DNA of 64,000 bases from Azolla caroliniana (Eukaryota; Plantae; Polypodiophyta), in NCBI GenBank assembly GCA_043228905.1, contig JBHGNT010000013.1:2790001-2854000 (forward strand), read 5' to 3'. The notes under the pieces were generated by a model. That model worked only from the letters and a program-made list of their open reading frames with translations, had not been told where the DNA came from and did not search any database. The translations under genes were made by a program, and so were the position numbers. Positions 51,622-62,376 of the stretch are shown in pieces (the first letter of the stretch is position 1; each line of letters starts with the position of its first letter).

Positions 51622-51735
51622 AGAACTTTCAAGAAACTTCTAGAGAATGCATCTTCATGCACTCTCTAGAAGTTTCCATGCACTCTCTAGATGTTTCCTA
51701 GCTTGCATGCATACCACCACATTCTTGTATAAATA
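51622..51735 (+). promoter_or_regulatory. Heat-shock-element-like array plus TATA box in the copy H LTR
   Basis: aGAAc-tTTCa-aGAAa-cTTCt at 51622-51641; TATAAATA at 51728-51735. Confidence 0.6.
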
Positions 51736-53405
51736 CTTCGGTGCACCTTGATTACAATCAAGATGAACAACACCAGTTATGGAAGCATAATTTAGTTCTT
51801 GCTCTTTTGTCTACCTTCTCTCTCTCTCTTGTTCTCTTGTCTATGCTCTCTCTCTATATATATATCTATCTTTCACTCTCTCTTGTCACCTTCCCTTCTT
51901 GTTACCATGTCCAACTCGGCCTTAAGCCAAGTAATGGCAGCCTTGGAACAACTTCAATTAGAAAATGAAACCCTTCATCAATCATTATGGGAGCTTCAAA
52001 ATAGCATAGCCAACAACCCTCCACCCGTTGAGCCTCACCTTCCGTTAGCATCTAACCCAACGCCTTCCTCTTCCCATTCATATGTCCTCGAACCTAATGT
52101 TAGCCTACCTAACAAATTCAACGGCTCGAGGAAGCATCTTCGTGGATTCATCAATCAAATTCGGCTTATCATCCGCTTCCAACCCCAACATTATGCTAGT
52201 GATTTCTCTCAGGTCAGCCTCGTTGGCACCCTTCTCTTGGGGCCGGCACAAGCGTGGTTTGCACCATTGATAAGTTCCTCATCCCCACTCTTAGACAACT
52301 TTCCTGCCTTCCTTGTGGAGCTTGAAGCCACATTCGGAGAGACAGATCAACGACGAATGACACTAATGAAACTCTATTCCTTACAACAAGGCTCTTGTCC
52401 AGCTTCCGTCTATGTTTCAAAGTTTCGTCAGATCGCATGTGATGTCAGATGGGATGACCAAGCTTTATGCGACTAGTTTTGTCGAGGCCTCAGAAATGAT
52501 GTCAAGACTCTTCTCTTAAACTTTCCGGAGCCCACATCATTGTCCCAGGTAATCTCCCAAGCTGTTCAATGTGATAATCATCTTTTCGAGCTCTGACAAG
52601 AGGAACAGGGGACTCGAGGCTTTCCATCTTCCTCCCGCAATGCTCCACTCACAAGGCCATATATCTCAGTTTCGCGAAGCACGCCACGGTTTCCATCTTC
52701 CAGTGATACTCATACCCCGATGGAGGTCGACCCCCGTACCCCAATGGAGATCGACCATGCTCGGTTCCAAATATTAACCGAAGTCCAACGCCAACATCGA
52801 CGTGACAATGGCCTCTACCTCTATTGTGGTACCCCCAGCCATGTCATCCACCACTACTCGATGCGCGGCCCTCGTCATCAATCCCACCATGCACGTGTTG
52901 CAGAGGTTTCTCAACAACAAGAAAACAATCGTGAACGTCTTGCGGAGGTTTCTGGACAACAAGAAAACAAGCAAGTCTGGTTGCAGTAGGAGCCATGCCA
53001 CTGAACATTTCCCGTCGCCCTACTTCTCTGTGGTCCTACAATTCAGTCACACCAGCATGAGTTTTTACTTTGCAAGTAAGTCTTTGTTTTGGGTCTATTT
53101 CAATAAAATCCCATGCCTTGCTCGATTCTAGTGCATCTACTTGTTTCATCGATATCGTGTTCATTCGAACACATAAAATCCCCACCGTCCACACTACACA
53201 ACCCATATCCGTTGAAGCTATCGACGGACGGGTTCTCTCTTCGGGGGCGGTTACTAAAGCCACTGTCTCATTGGTACTTCAAGTCGGGTTCCATCAGGAG
53301 GTATTAACATTCTATCTCATTGCAACCCCTCGACATCAGATTGTTTTAGGGCTCTCCTGTTTGGAAACACACAATTAGATGGTGGATTGATGTAGTCACT
53401 CCATC

Positions 53406-54031
53406 TGTTGGGAATCGATCTTGGATTCACCTTCACCACTCGGCCACAACAGAGTAATCGCGGATCAATGCAGCAGAAAAATAGGAACCAAAGAGAGAAA
53501 CACACGAGTACACAGGGATTAACGTGGAAAACCCTAGATGGGAAAAACCACGGGAGTACTAGACTCCAAACAACACTATACAAAGAGAAGTATACAATGG
53601 CGAGCTCCAAGGCGACGACCTTGAGCTCGCTGTCCTCGCCACAGGCGGCGGAAATACACAGAGGCGTCGTCCTCTTCCTCTCTCGCTCTCTATCTCTCTC
53701 TCTCTCTCTCATGGCTGCTCACACTTCACTCTCTCAGCTAAAACATAAAATGAGCAACAACAACAGACTGTTTGCCCTAAGTCATATTTATACATATATG
53801 ACTTTCGGGCTATTTACAAATATAGCCTCAAGGGCCCTTGGCAAACATATTCACAAATATGTCCCCGCATCCGGATCTCTCTCCGGGTACATTCGTCATC
53901 CGGTTCCGTAACCGGGGTCTTCATCATCCGGCTCCGTAACCGGGGTCTTCATCATCCGGCTCCGTAACCGCAACCGGGCTTGCCGTCATTCTTCTCCGGA
54001 CATCCCATCCGGAGGGACCGAAATCCCAACA
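53406..54031 (-). repeat. 3' LTR of A3
   Basis: TGTTGGGA...TCCCAACA; PPT at 54032-54042. Confidence 0.97.
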
Positions 54032-54041
54032 AACTCCCCCT

Positions 54042-57000
54042 TCACTTCGGCATGGGATGTCTCTCCAATCCGATCCTCTTCCGGCATGCTTCCAGCTTGT
54101 CGGGTGTGAGCACCTTGGTCAGCATATCCGACCCGTTCTCGTCCGTGTGGATCTTTGTCAGCACGAACTCCTTGTCTTCTATCCTTTCCCGGATCCAGTG
54201 ATATCTTCGCTGGATGTGCTTCGTCCGCGAGTGATAGGCCGCGTTCTTCGCAAGGTGGATTGCACTCTGACTGTCGCAGTAGAGTCGGTACTCCTCTTGC
54301 CGGATACCGAGCTCTCTAATGAAGTCCTTCATCCATATTATTTCCTTGCCGGCTTCAACAGCCGCCATGTACTCCGCCTCCGTGGTTGACAACGCAACCG
54401 TCTTCTGCAGCCTCGACTGCCACGAAACAGCTCCCCCTGCATACGTCATCACATACCCTGATGTGGACCGGCTGGTATCTGCATCAGCCGACATATCCGA
54501 ATCGGTGAAGCCGTCGAGTTCGGGCTTACCGGAGCCGAATCGGAGGCACACGTTTGCCGTGCCCTTCAGGTATCGGAGTATCCACTTGGCCGCGTTCCAA
54601 TGCTCTTTGCCGGGATTGCTCATGTACCGGCTCACCACTCCGACTGCATATCCTATGTCCGGTCTCGTACACACCATGGCGTACATCAAGCTCCCGACGG
54701 CTGAGGCATACGGCACTTTCATCATATCCTCCTTTTCAGCCTTTGTCTTGGGACTTTGCTTGCTGGACAGCTTGCAGTTTGCCGGGAGGGTCGATCCGAC
54801 CGGTCTTGCTTCCGACATGTTGAATCGGTGAAGCACCTTCGTCACGTACTTCTCCTGTGACAGCCACAACTGCTTCTTCTTCCGGTCCCGGATGATATGC
54901 ATCCCTAGTATTTGTCTCGCCGGACCCAGGTCCTTCATTGAGAAGGTTCGGTGAAGAGCCTTCTTCAACATCCGAATCTTGACCTGGTCCCGTCCGACGA
55001 TCAACATGTCGTCCACGTACAGGAGGAGTATTAGAAAGTCTCCTCCTTCGAACTTCTTCACAAACACGCAGTGGTCGGACTGCGTTTTGAGGTACCCTTC
55101 GTCGGTCATGAAGGAGTCGAATTTCCGGTACCATTGCCGGGGAGCCTGCTTCAGTCCGTAAAGGCTCTTCTTCAACCGGCATACCAGGTGCTCCTTCCCT
55201 TTCTTCTCGAATCCTTCCGGTTGCTGCATGTAGATCTCTTCATCGAGGTCACCGTGAAGGAATGCCGTCTTCACGTCCATCTGTTCTACCTCGAGGTCCA
55301 TGCTTGCCGCTATGCTCAGCACCGTCCGGATGGAGGTCATCTTCACTACCGGGGCAAATATCTCGTCGAAGTCGACGCCCTTCTTCTGCTGAAACCCCTT
55401 CACCACGATCCTGGCTTTGTATCTCGGGGGGTTTTCGGCATCTCCCGGTTTCAGCTTGAACACCCACTTGTTTCGAAGTGTCCGCTTTCCTTTCGGCAAC
55501 TCCACAAGTTCATATGTGTGGTTCTCATGCAGGGAATCCATCTCGTCCTGCATGGCACTCAACCACCTACGGCTCTGGGTGTCGTGCTTTGCTTCTTCAA
55601 AGCTCTCCGGCTCCCCCTCATCGGTTAGCAGCACGTGCTCTGGATCCGGAAATCTCCGGGGGGCCCTTCTCTCTCTTAGAGGGTATCTCCGTTCCGGAGC
55701 TTCGGTAACCGGTTCTTCCGATTCTTCTTCATCCGAATCCATTTCGGGATCGGGGCCGGTTCCGGTATCATTTTCGTCTTCTTCGGCCGGTTCGGTTTCT
55801 TCACCGTCTTCGGCCAGATCCTCGAGTGCTAACCGGTCCCTTGCCGGTCGGGACTGCTCCTCGTAGAGTTGATCCTCACCGGTCGACTTGGAGCTCTTCA
55901 TCTTCTTCTCCGACTCCCAGTCGGCGAGTGTCTTGTCCTCCATGAAGATGATGTCTCGACTCCTGAATATCTTCTTGTCGACCGGGTCCCATACTCGGTA
56001 GCCGAACTCGTCGTCGCCGTAACCGAGGAATATGCATGGCCGGGTCTTTGGATCTAGCTTTCCTCTCCGGTCCTTTGCCACATGAACGTATGCGAGACAC
56101 CCGAACACCTTCAGATGCCGGTAGGATACTTCCCTACCGGTCCACACTCTCTGCGGCGTGTCTCCGTCCAAAGGTACTGAGGGTGATCTATTTATCACAT
56201 ATGTCGCCGTCGACATTGCCTCAGCCCAAAATCCCTTGGGTAATTTCGCATGCGCCAGCATACTCCGGACCCTCTCCATTATGGTCCGGTTCATCCTCTC
56301 GGCCAGCCCGTTCAGTTCCGGCGTCTTCGGCACAGTAAACTCGAGTCGGATTCCCTTTGAGCGACAGTACTCTTGGAACTGCCCCCGGTATTCCCCCCCG
56401 TTATCCGCTCGTATCGCCTTCAGCTTCTTGCCGGATTCCCTTTCCACTCTCGCGTGAAGTTCTTTGAAGACGCACAACACTTGGTCCTTTGTCTTCAACG
56501 GTGCCGTCCACAGCTTCCGACTGTAATCATCGATGAATGTTACGAAGTACTGGGCTCCGCCATGTGACTTCGTTTCTACCTGACACACATCAGTGTGCAC
56601 CAACTCCAATGGTGCGCTACGTCTCGTCGGTGGCCTTGAGTGGAAGGAGGCTCGGTTCTGCTTACCGGCCAGGCAGTCGGTGCACTTCTCCAGGTGCACT
56701 TGCTTCACTGGAATAAGGTTGTCTTCTGCAAGCCTCTTCATCCCCTTCTCACTCATGTGGCACAGTCTTTTGTGCCACAGCTCACCGGCAGTGTCGGCTG
56801 CCACATTCAGTTCTTCCGGACATAACCGGGCATTCATCAGGTACAGTGTGTTGTCTTTCCGGGCCCGAGCCACTATCAGGCTCCCCTTGCTGAACTTCAT
56901 TACGCCGTTCCGGATGCTACCTGTGTAGCCTTCATCGTCTAGCCTCCCGGCTGAAATCAGGTTCAATCGAACCTCCGGAACGTGTCGGACATCCTTCAGC

Positions 57001-58115
57001 AGCATTTTGCATCCGGTCGGGGTTGTCAACCACACGTCTCCGATGCCGGCAATCCGGCACGTACCTTCATTTCCCATCCGAACACAGCCATGCTCACCGG
57101 CTGTGTAGGATGAGAAGTATCTTCTCTCCGGGGTCAGGTGGAACGATGCTCCGGAATCGACCACCCAGGTCGTCTCATCGCCGGCAATGTTTAGTTCACC
57201 TTCTTCGGTGATGAGCATGATTTCTTCCTCACTTGCCGCGAGTGCTATTGTTCCTTTCCGGTCCTGCCCTCGCCGATCCGAACCTCTCCGGTCCGTGGCT
57301 CCCCGGTATGCACCGTTTCTCTCCGGTGACTTCTTCGAATCGGTGTCGTCGGCTCCGTTGTCTTTTCGGTAATGCCGACAATTTTTCCGGAAGTGCCCCG
57401 GCTTCCCACAGTGGAAGCATGTGGGTCTTCCTCTTGACTGCGAGCGGGTCCCCGACTTCTCCCGTCTTTGCGGACTCCGGTTCCATTGTCTTCCCCGTTC
57501 CGATTCGGTAAGCAACGCCTTCGAGTCGGAGGCCGGTTCTTTATCTCTCCGACGTGCTTCTTCGTTCAAAATACTTGTCTTTACCGTTTGTAGAGACAAG
57601 TTATCTTCGGTGCAGGAGGTGCTGAGAGTCACCACCAAGTTCTCCCAGCTGTCCGGCAATGTACACATCAGGATGATGGCTTGCATTGCATCCTCCAACG
57701 GGAACTTGATCGCCGCAAGCTGGTTCACGAATCCCATGAACGTGCTTACGTGTTCCACCATACTCTCGCCGTCCCGGTACTTGAGATTCACTATCTTCCT
57801 CATCAGGGAGGTCCGGTTCAACGCATTCTTCCTCTCATAGAGGCCCGACAGCTTCTTCCACATCTCGTATGCGTTGGTGTCGTTCGCCACATGTTGTAGG
57901 ACGCTTACATCGACATATTGTCGGATCGTCGCTACAGCTTTCCGGTTCAGGAGCTTCCACTCCGACTCAAGTACCCCTTTCGGTATTTCCGACCTGTCAA
58001 TCGGTTCGTACAGGTCCCGAACAATCAGAAGATCCTCCATCTTGATCTTCCAGTCGGCGTAATTTTGTGCATTCAGCACCATCATCCCCGGCTGCCCGCT
58101 GCCGCCGCCTTCCAT
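54042..58115 (-). CDS. Copia Gag-Pol polyprotein, 1357 aa (gag, zinc knuckle, PR, INT, RT, RNase H)
   Basis: CFHCGKPGHFRKNC, WVVDSGAS, WHKRLCH, VHTD...RADNGGEY...ERMNRT, YVDDML, FTDSD...TEAEY...CDSQSA. Confidence 0.98.
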   Translation of the reverse strand: MEGGGSGQPGMMVLNAQNYADWKIKMEDLLIVRDLYEPIDRSEIPKGVLESEWKLLNRKAVATIRQYVDVSVLQHVANDTNAYEMWKKLSGLYERKNALNRTSLMRKIVNLKYRDGESMVEHVSTFMGFVNQLAAIKFPLEDAMQAIILMCTLPDSWENLVVTLSTSCTEDNLSLQTVKTSILNEEARRRDKEPASDSKALLTESERGRQWNRSPQRREKSGTRSQSRGRPTCFHCGKPGHFRKNCRHYRKDNGADDTDSKKSPERNGAYRGATDRRGSDRRGQDRKGTIALAASEEEIMLITEEGELNIAGDETTWVVDSGASFHLTPERRYFSSYTAGEHGCVRMGNEGTCRIAGIGDVWLTTPTGCKMLLKDVRHVPEVRLNLISAGRLDDEGYTGSIRNGVMKFSKGSLIVARARKDNTLYLMNARLCPEELNVAADTAGELWHKRLCHMSEKGMKRLAEDNLIPVKQVHLEKCTDCLAGKQNRASFHSRPPTRRSAPLELVHTDVCQVETKSHGGAQYFVTFIDDYSRKLWTAPLKTKDQVLCVFKELHARVERESGKKLKAIRADNGGEYRGQFQEYCRSKGIRLEFTVPKTPELNGLAERMNRTIMERVRSMLAHAKLPKGFWAEAMSTATYVINRSPSVPLDGDTPQRVWTGREVSYRHLKVFGCLAYVHVAKDRRGKLDPKTRPCIFLGYGDDEFGYRVWDPVDKKIFRSRDIIFMEDKTLADWESEKKMKSSKSTGEDQLYEEQSRPARDRLALEDLAEDGEETEPAEEDENDTGTGPDPEMDSDEEESEEPVTEAPERRYPLRERRAPRRFPDPEHVLLTDEGEPESFEEAKHDTQSRRWLSAMQDEMDSLHENHTYELVELPKGKRTLRNKWVFKLKPGDAENPPRYKARIVVKGFQQKKGVDFDEIFAPVVKMTSIRTVLSIAASMDLEVEQMDVKTAFLHGDLDEEIYMQQPEGFEKKGKEHLVCRLKKSLYGLKQAPRQWYRKFDSFMTDEGYLKTQSDHCVFVKKFEGGDFLILLLYVDDMLIVGRDQVKIRMLKKALHRTFSMKDLGPARQILGMHIIRDRKKKQLWLSQEKYVTKVLHRFNMSEARPVGSTLPANCKLSSKQSPKTKAEKEDMMKVPYASAVGSLMYAMVCTRPDIGYAVGVVSRYMSNPGKEHWNAAKWILRYLKGTANVCLRFGSGKPELDGFTDSDMSADADTSRSTSGYVMTYAGGAVSWQSRLQKTVALSTTEAEYMAAVEAGKEIIWMKDFIRELGIRQEEYRLYCDSQSAIHLAKNAAYHSRTKHIQRRYHWIRERIEDKEFVLTKIHTDENGSDMLTKVLTPDKLEACRKRIGLERHPMPK

Positions 58116-58130
58116 TTTCTGCAGCAGTTC

Positions 58131-58142
58131 GCTCTGATACCA
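58131..58142 (-). promoter_or_regulatory. PBS (tRNA-iMet) of A3
   Basis: TGGTATCAGAGC, 3 nt from the LTR. Confidence 0.95.
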
Positions 58143-58145
58143 GTT

Positions 58146-58771
58146 TGTTGGGAATCGATCTTGGATTCACCTTCACCACTCGGCCACAACAGAGTAATCG
58201 CGGATCAATGCAGCAGAAAAATAGGAACCAAAGAGAGAAACACACGAGTACACAGGGATTAACGTGGAAAACCCTAGATGGGAAAAACCATGGGAGTACT
58301 AGACTCCAAACAACACTATACAAAGAGAAGTATACAATGGCGAGCTCCAAGGCGACGACCTTGAGCTCGCTGTCCTCGCCACAGGCGGCGGAAATACACA
58401 GAGGCGTCGTCCTCTTCCTCTCTCGCTCTCTATCTCTCTCTCTCTCTCTCACGGCTGCTCACACTTCACTCTCTCAGCTAAAACATAAAATGAGCAACAA
58501 CAACAGACTGTTTGCCCTAAGTCATATTTATACATATATGACTTTCGGGCTATTTACAAATATAGCCTCAAGGGCCCTTGGCAAACATATTCACAAATAT
58601 GTCCCCGCATCCGGATCTCTCTCCGGGTACATTCGTCATCCGGTTCCGTAACCGGGGTCTTCATCATCCGGCTCCGTAACCGGGGTCTTCATCATCCGGC
58701 TCCGTAACCGCAACCGGGCTTGCCGTCATTCTTCTCCGGACATCCCATCCGGAGGGACCGAAATCCCAACA
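58146..58771 (-). repeat. 5' LTR of A3
   Basis: Direct repeat of 53406-54031. Confidence 0.97.
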
Positions 58772-59690
58772 CCATCACCTTTCCACAAACACCAGCGCGG
58801 GTCTCTTCCACAAACACTGTTACTTGTGTGGGGGTTGCTTTCAGCTTGGGTGCACATTCTTCTGATTTCAACTCAATCTTCGACATTGCCGATTCCGTTA
58901 TGGTCAATTCTAGTATGGTCACTTCCGTGCCCATTGTGTCATAGGACCTCTCTGTTCCTATCACCAATTTTCCCGCAAGATATAGCAATTTTTTGGACGT
59001 GTTTGAAAAGCGAAATGCAGACCGGTTACCGGCAATCACCCCTATGATTGCCCAATCGAACTCCAAGATGGCGCACATCCACCATTTGGGCACATCAATG
59101 GGCTATTTGAACCCGAACTTGAGGCTCTTCGCACATATCTAGATGAAAACCTCGCCAAGGGCTTGATTCAACCCTCCAAATCACCAGTTGGGGCCCCAAT
59201 CTTATTTGTCAAGAAGCAGGACGGCTCATTACGCCTATGTGTGGATTATCGGGGTCTCAACAAAATTACGATACGCAATCATTATCCCTTTCCTTTAATT
59301 CCAACACTCCTTGACCGATTATCTTCTCAAAAATCGACCTTCGGGAGCCTACAATCTGGTGCCCCGGAAATCAATTATCCAGTCTACGACAAGGAGCTTG
59401 CAACAATCATATCTGCCTTCACCGAGTAGCGACCCTTTTTGGTTGGGGCCCAACATCGCATCCAGGTGTTGACTGTCGAGACTCGTGGGTAGAAGATACA
59501 GTGAGAGCGAGAGCGAGAGCGAAAGAGAGAGGGTGTGTGTGTCTGTGCGTGAGAGGGAGAGAGAGAGTGAGAGAGATAAGACTTGAAATAGAAATGAGAT
59601 TATATTATGATGAAACAAGATTACAATGAGTAGGCTAAGGGCTAAAGACTGGTGTTGAACCGAATGAGTTGAAACGAATGTATAGACAAT

Positions 59691-59814
59691 TATTTATAGG
59701 TCCTTATGGAGTAATCTAGAATGTTCTAGAATATTTTAGATTTTATGATAAGAAATATAATCATGAAATATTAAAGGATGTTCTAGAATAATCTAGAATG
59801 TTCTAGAATATTCT
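59691..59814 (-). promoter_or_regulatory. TATA box with two upstream heat-shock-element arrays
   Basis: Alternating nGAAn/nTTCn pentamers at 59718-59742 and 59780-59814. Confidence 0.7.
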
Positions 59815-59865
59815 AATATCTTGTAATAACTAGAAACATAATTATTATAATTACACAACATATAT

Positions 59866-59931
59866 GTTATTACAATGGTTAAGGGTTCAACACATAGACC
59901 AAGAAGTCGTGGGTTCGATTCTTGATAACCA
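59866..59931 (+). other. tRNA-like remnant inside the solo LTR
   Basis: TACAATGGTTAAG (A box/D-loop-like) and GGGTTCGATTC (B box); GTTAT/ATAAC closing stem. Confidence 0.5.
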
Positions 59932-60240
59932 AAATGTTGTCTTCAAGAGATTGATTGACCACAAAAATCTAATTTACTTCACCACCAGTCGTACATTGAA
60001 TCGGAGGCAAGGCCGATGGTCATTTTTCTCACCGAGTATGACTTTGAGATCTTGTTTTGACCTGGAGTTCAACATGGGAAAGATGATGCCCTCTCTCAGC
60101 GTCCTGATTTTGCATTGCGCCTAGGAGATGACAAATATTCACAACAATCCCATTGTTTATTGCGGCCCGATCAACTTCAGATGTTCACCACCTGCATGTT
60201 GCAAGATGATTCTTTGCTCAACGAGATTGCCATGGCAATC

Positions 60241-61030
60241 ACTACAAAACTATCATGATGATCCTCTTGCCGGCCACTTTGGGCTCACGAAAACCATCGA
60301 ATTGCTATCTTGAGGGTTTTGGTGGCCCCAACCTTGGAAATTTGTCAAGGAATTTATCAAGACATGTGATGTATGTGCTCGGTCCAAAATGCCTCACCAG
60401 CGGCCATATGGTCTTCTCCACCTGCTCCCATTTCCAGGCATGAAAAGCTCATATCTCAACCAATTTACAAGCCAGGATGGGTTACTATATCGTAATCATC
60501 TCTTCTACGTTCCCGAACGATCATGTCGAACACGGGTACTACAAAACTATCATGATGATCCTCTTGCCGGCCACTTTGGGCTCACGAAAACCATTGAATT
60601 GCTATCTTGAGGGTTTTGGTGGCCCCAACCTTGGAAATTTGTCAAGGAATTTATCAAGACATGTGATGTATGTGCTCGGTCCAAAATGCCTCACCATCGG
60701 CCATATGGTCTTCTCCACCTGCTCCCATTTCCAGGCATGAAAAGCTCATATTTCAACCAATTTACAACCCAAGATGGGTTACTATATCGTAATCATCTCT
60801 TCTACCTTCCCGAAGGATCATGTCGAACACGGGTACTACAAAACTATCATGATGATCCTCTTGCCGGCCACTTTGGGCTCACGAAAACCCTCGAATTGCT
60901 ATCTTAAGGGTTTTGGTGGCCCCAACCTTGGAAATTTGTCAAGGAATTTATCAAGACATGTGATGTATGTGCTCGGTCCAAAATGCCTCACCATCGGCCA
61001 TATGGTCTTCTCCACCTGCTCCCCATTCCA
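60241..61030 (+). repeat. 297-bp tandem repeat (about 2.7 copies) of the integrase zinc-finger segment
   Basis: ACTACAAAACTATCATGATG at 60241, 60538 and 60835. Confidence 0.95.
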
Positions 61031-61223
61031 AGTCGACCATGGGTCTCACTATCCATGAACTTTATCACCGACCTCCCTCTGGTTGGTGGCTAGTCATTGT
61101 CGATTAGTTTTCGAAGATGGCTCACTTTGTCCCATGTTCCAAAACCATTTCCAGGGAAGAGACAACTGACCTTTTTCTTAAAAATATTGTCTGATTACAT
61201 GGCTTACTCGAGGATATCACCTC

Positions 61224-61992
61224 TGTAAAGAATCGATGGTGATTCTTGTGTAGCGGAATAGATGTGCGTTATGTGCGTATATGTGTGAGAGAGAAAGAGA
61301 GGAGAGAAAAGATAACTCAAGATAGATAAATGAAAGGAGAATAGAATACTCAAGAATAAGGTGTATATTGCACAAGTAGAATAAGATTTACAAAATGTAG
61401 CATAACAAGAAGTCACAACCGACTTAGTATGAAGTGTGAGGAGGGTGCTTTATATATAGTCACCCTCTCTCTTCATTAACTAACTACAACAACCACTCTC
61501 TCTCTTGGGAAATGTGAAGACTCATAGTCATGGGGAATATGTAACTCATTAGTTATGTGTCATAGAATATGATTCCATGACACATAGGTAATGTGTAGAG
61601 AGTAGTGGCGTGACTCTTGACCTGTGAGTAATCATAGATTCTCAAAAGGTGTGTTCATATGTTGCATTATGTTGAGCTTGATTCTCAACACACCCCCTCA
61701 AGCTCAACTCGGGCCGGTTCCTTTTGATTGATGTTCGCTTCGGTTGGTATCCGGTTCGGAAGATCTCCGGTGTCTGCTTCGGCTCGTACCCGGTTCGGAC
61801 GGCATCCGGTTCTTGCTTGTACTCCCCTCAAGCTTGGCAACTCAAGGATCGTCAATCCGAGGTCTACCATGAATTGCTGAAGCTTGTCGGCTCCTAGGGC
61901 CTTGGTGAAGATGTCGGTTGTCTGAAGATTCGTGTTGTTGTGTAGGAGATCGACATCTCCGACCTGAACACACTCTCGAATGAAGTGATAAT
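61224..61992 (-). mobile_element. Ty1/copia (B-related, copy F): 3' LTR 61224-61690, PPTs and RNase H end; the rest is displaced by A4
   Basis: TG...CA LTR, PPT 61691-61702, second PPT-like 61822-61832, YHFIRE...DIFTKAL. Confidence 0.85.
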
Positions 61993-62342
61993 TGTTGGGA
62001 TTTTCGGTCCCTCCGGATGGGATGTCCGGAGATGAATGACGGCAAGCCTGGTTGCGGTTACGGAACCGGAGGATGAAGAGTACCCGGTTACGGAGCCGGA
62101 TGACGAAGACCCGGCTACGGAGCCGGATGATGAAGACCCCGGCTACGGAGCCGGATGATGAATGTACCCGGAGAGAGATCCGGATGCGGGGACATATTTG
62201 TGAATATGTTTGCCAAGGGCCCTTGAGGCTATATTTGTAAATAGCCCGAAAGTCATATGTGTATAAATATGACTTAGGGCAAACAGTTTAGTGACTGTTG
62301 CTCATTTTCTGTTTTCCGTTTAGTGAGAGTGAAGAGAGCAGC

Positions 62343-62376
<34 letters not shown>

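Larger units (their letters stand above)
53406..58771 (-). mobile_element. Intact young Ty1/copia (group A, copy A3; Tork/Tnt1-like), 5366 bp
   Basis: 626-bp LTRs differing at 2 positions by eye, perfect TSD CCATC, PBS, PPT, intact ORF. Confidence 0.98.
59474..59950 (-). repeat. Solo LTR (477 bp) in the RNase H of copy H
   Basis: TSD TTGAC/TTGAT splitting QVL|TDHKNL; TG start, decayed GA end; minus-strand CCTATAAATA and CT tract. Confidence 0.78.
51578..61223 (+). mobile_element. Degenerate Ty3/gypsy (Tcn1-like chromovirus, copy H): LTR remnant, gag, PR, partial RT, RH, INT; interrupted by A3, a solo LTR and copy F
   Basis: gag 51908-52989 (PNKFNGSR, LQQG), [40 protein letters not shown]...CDVC; left boundary uncertain. 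Confidence 0.85.

Noticed and set aside
52987-52989. Gag stop-codon readthrough in copy H
   Set aside because: The element is degenerate, and a -1 frameshift near AGAAAAC is equally plausible; cannot be decided from this copy
53317-53911. 131-194 aa ORFs over the A3 LTRs (also 57997-58651)
   Set aside because: They run through (CT)n microsatellite and LTR termini, have no recognisable domain and are not conserved in the A1, A2 or A4 LTRs
54057-58062. Many plus-strand ORFs antisense to the A3 polyprotein
   Set aside because: Shadow ORFs expected from GC-rich codon usage
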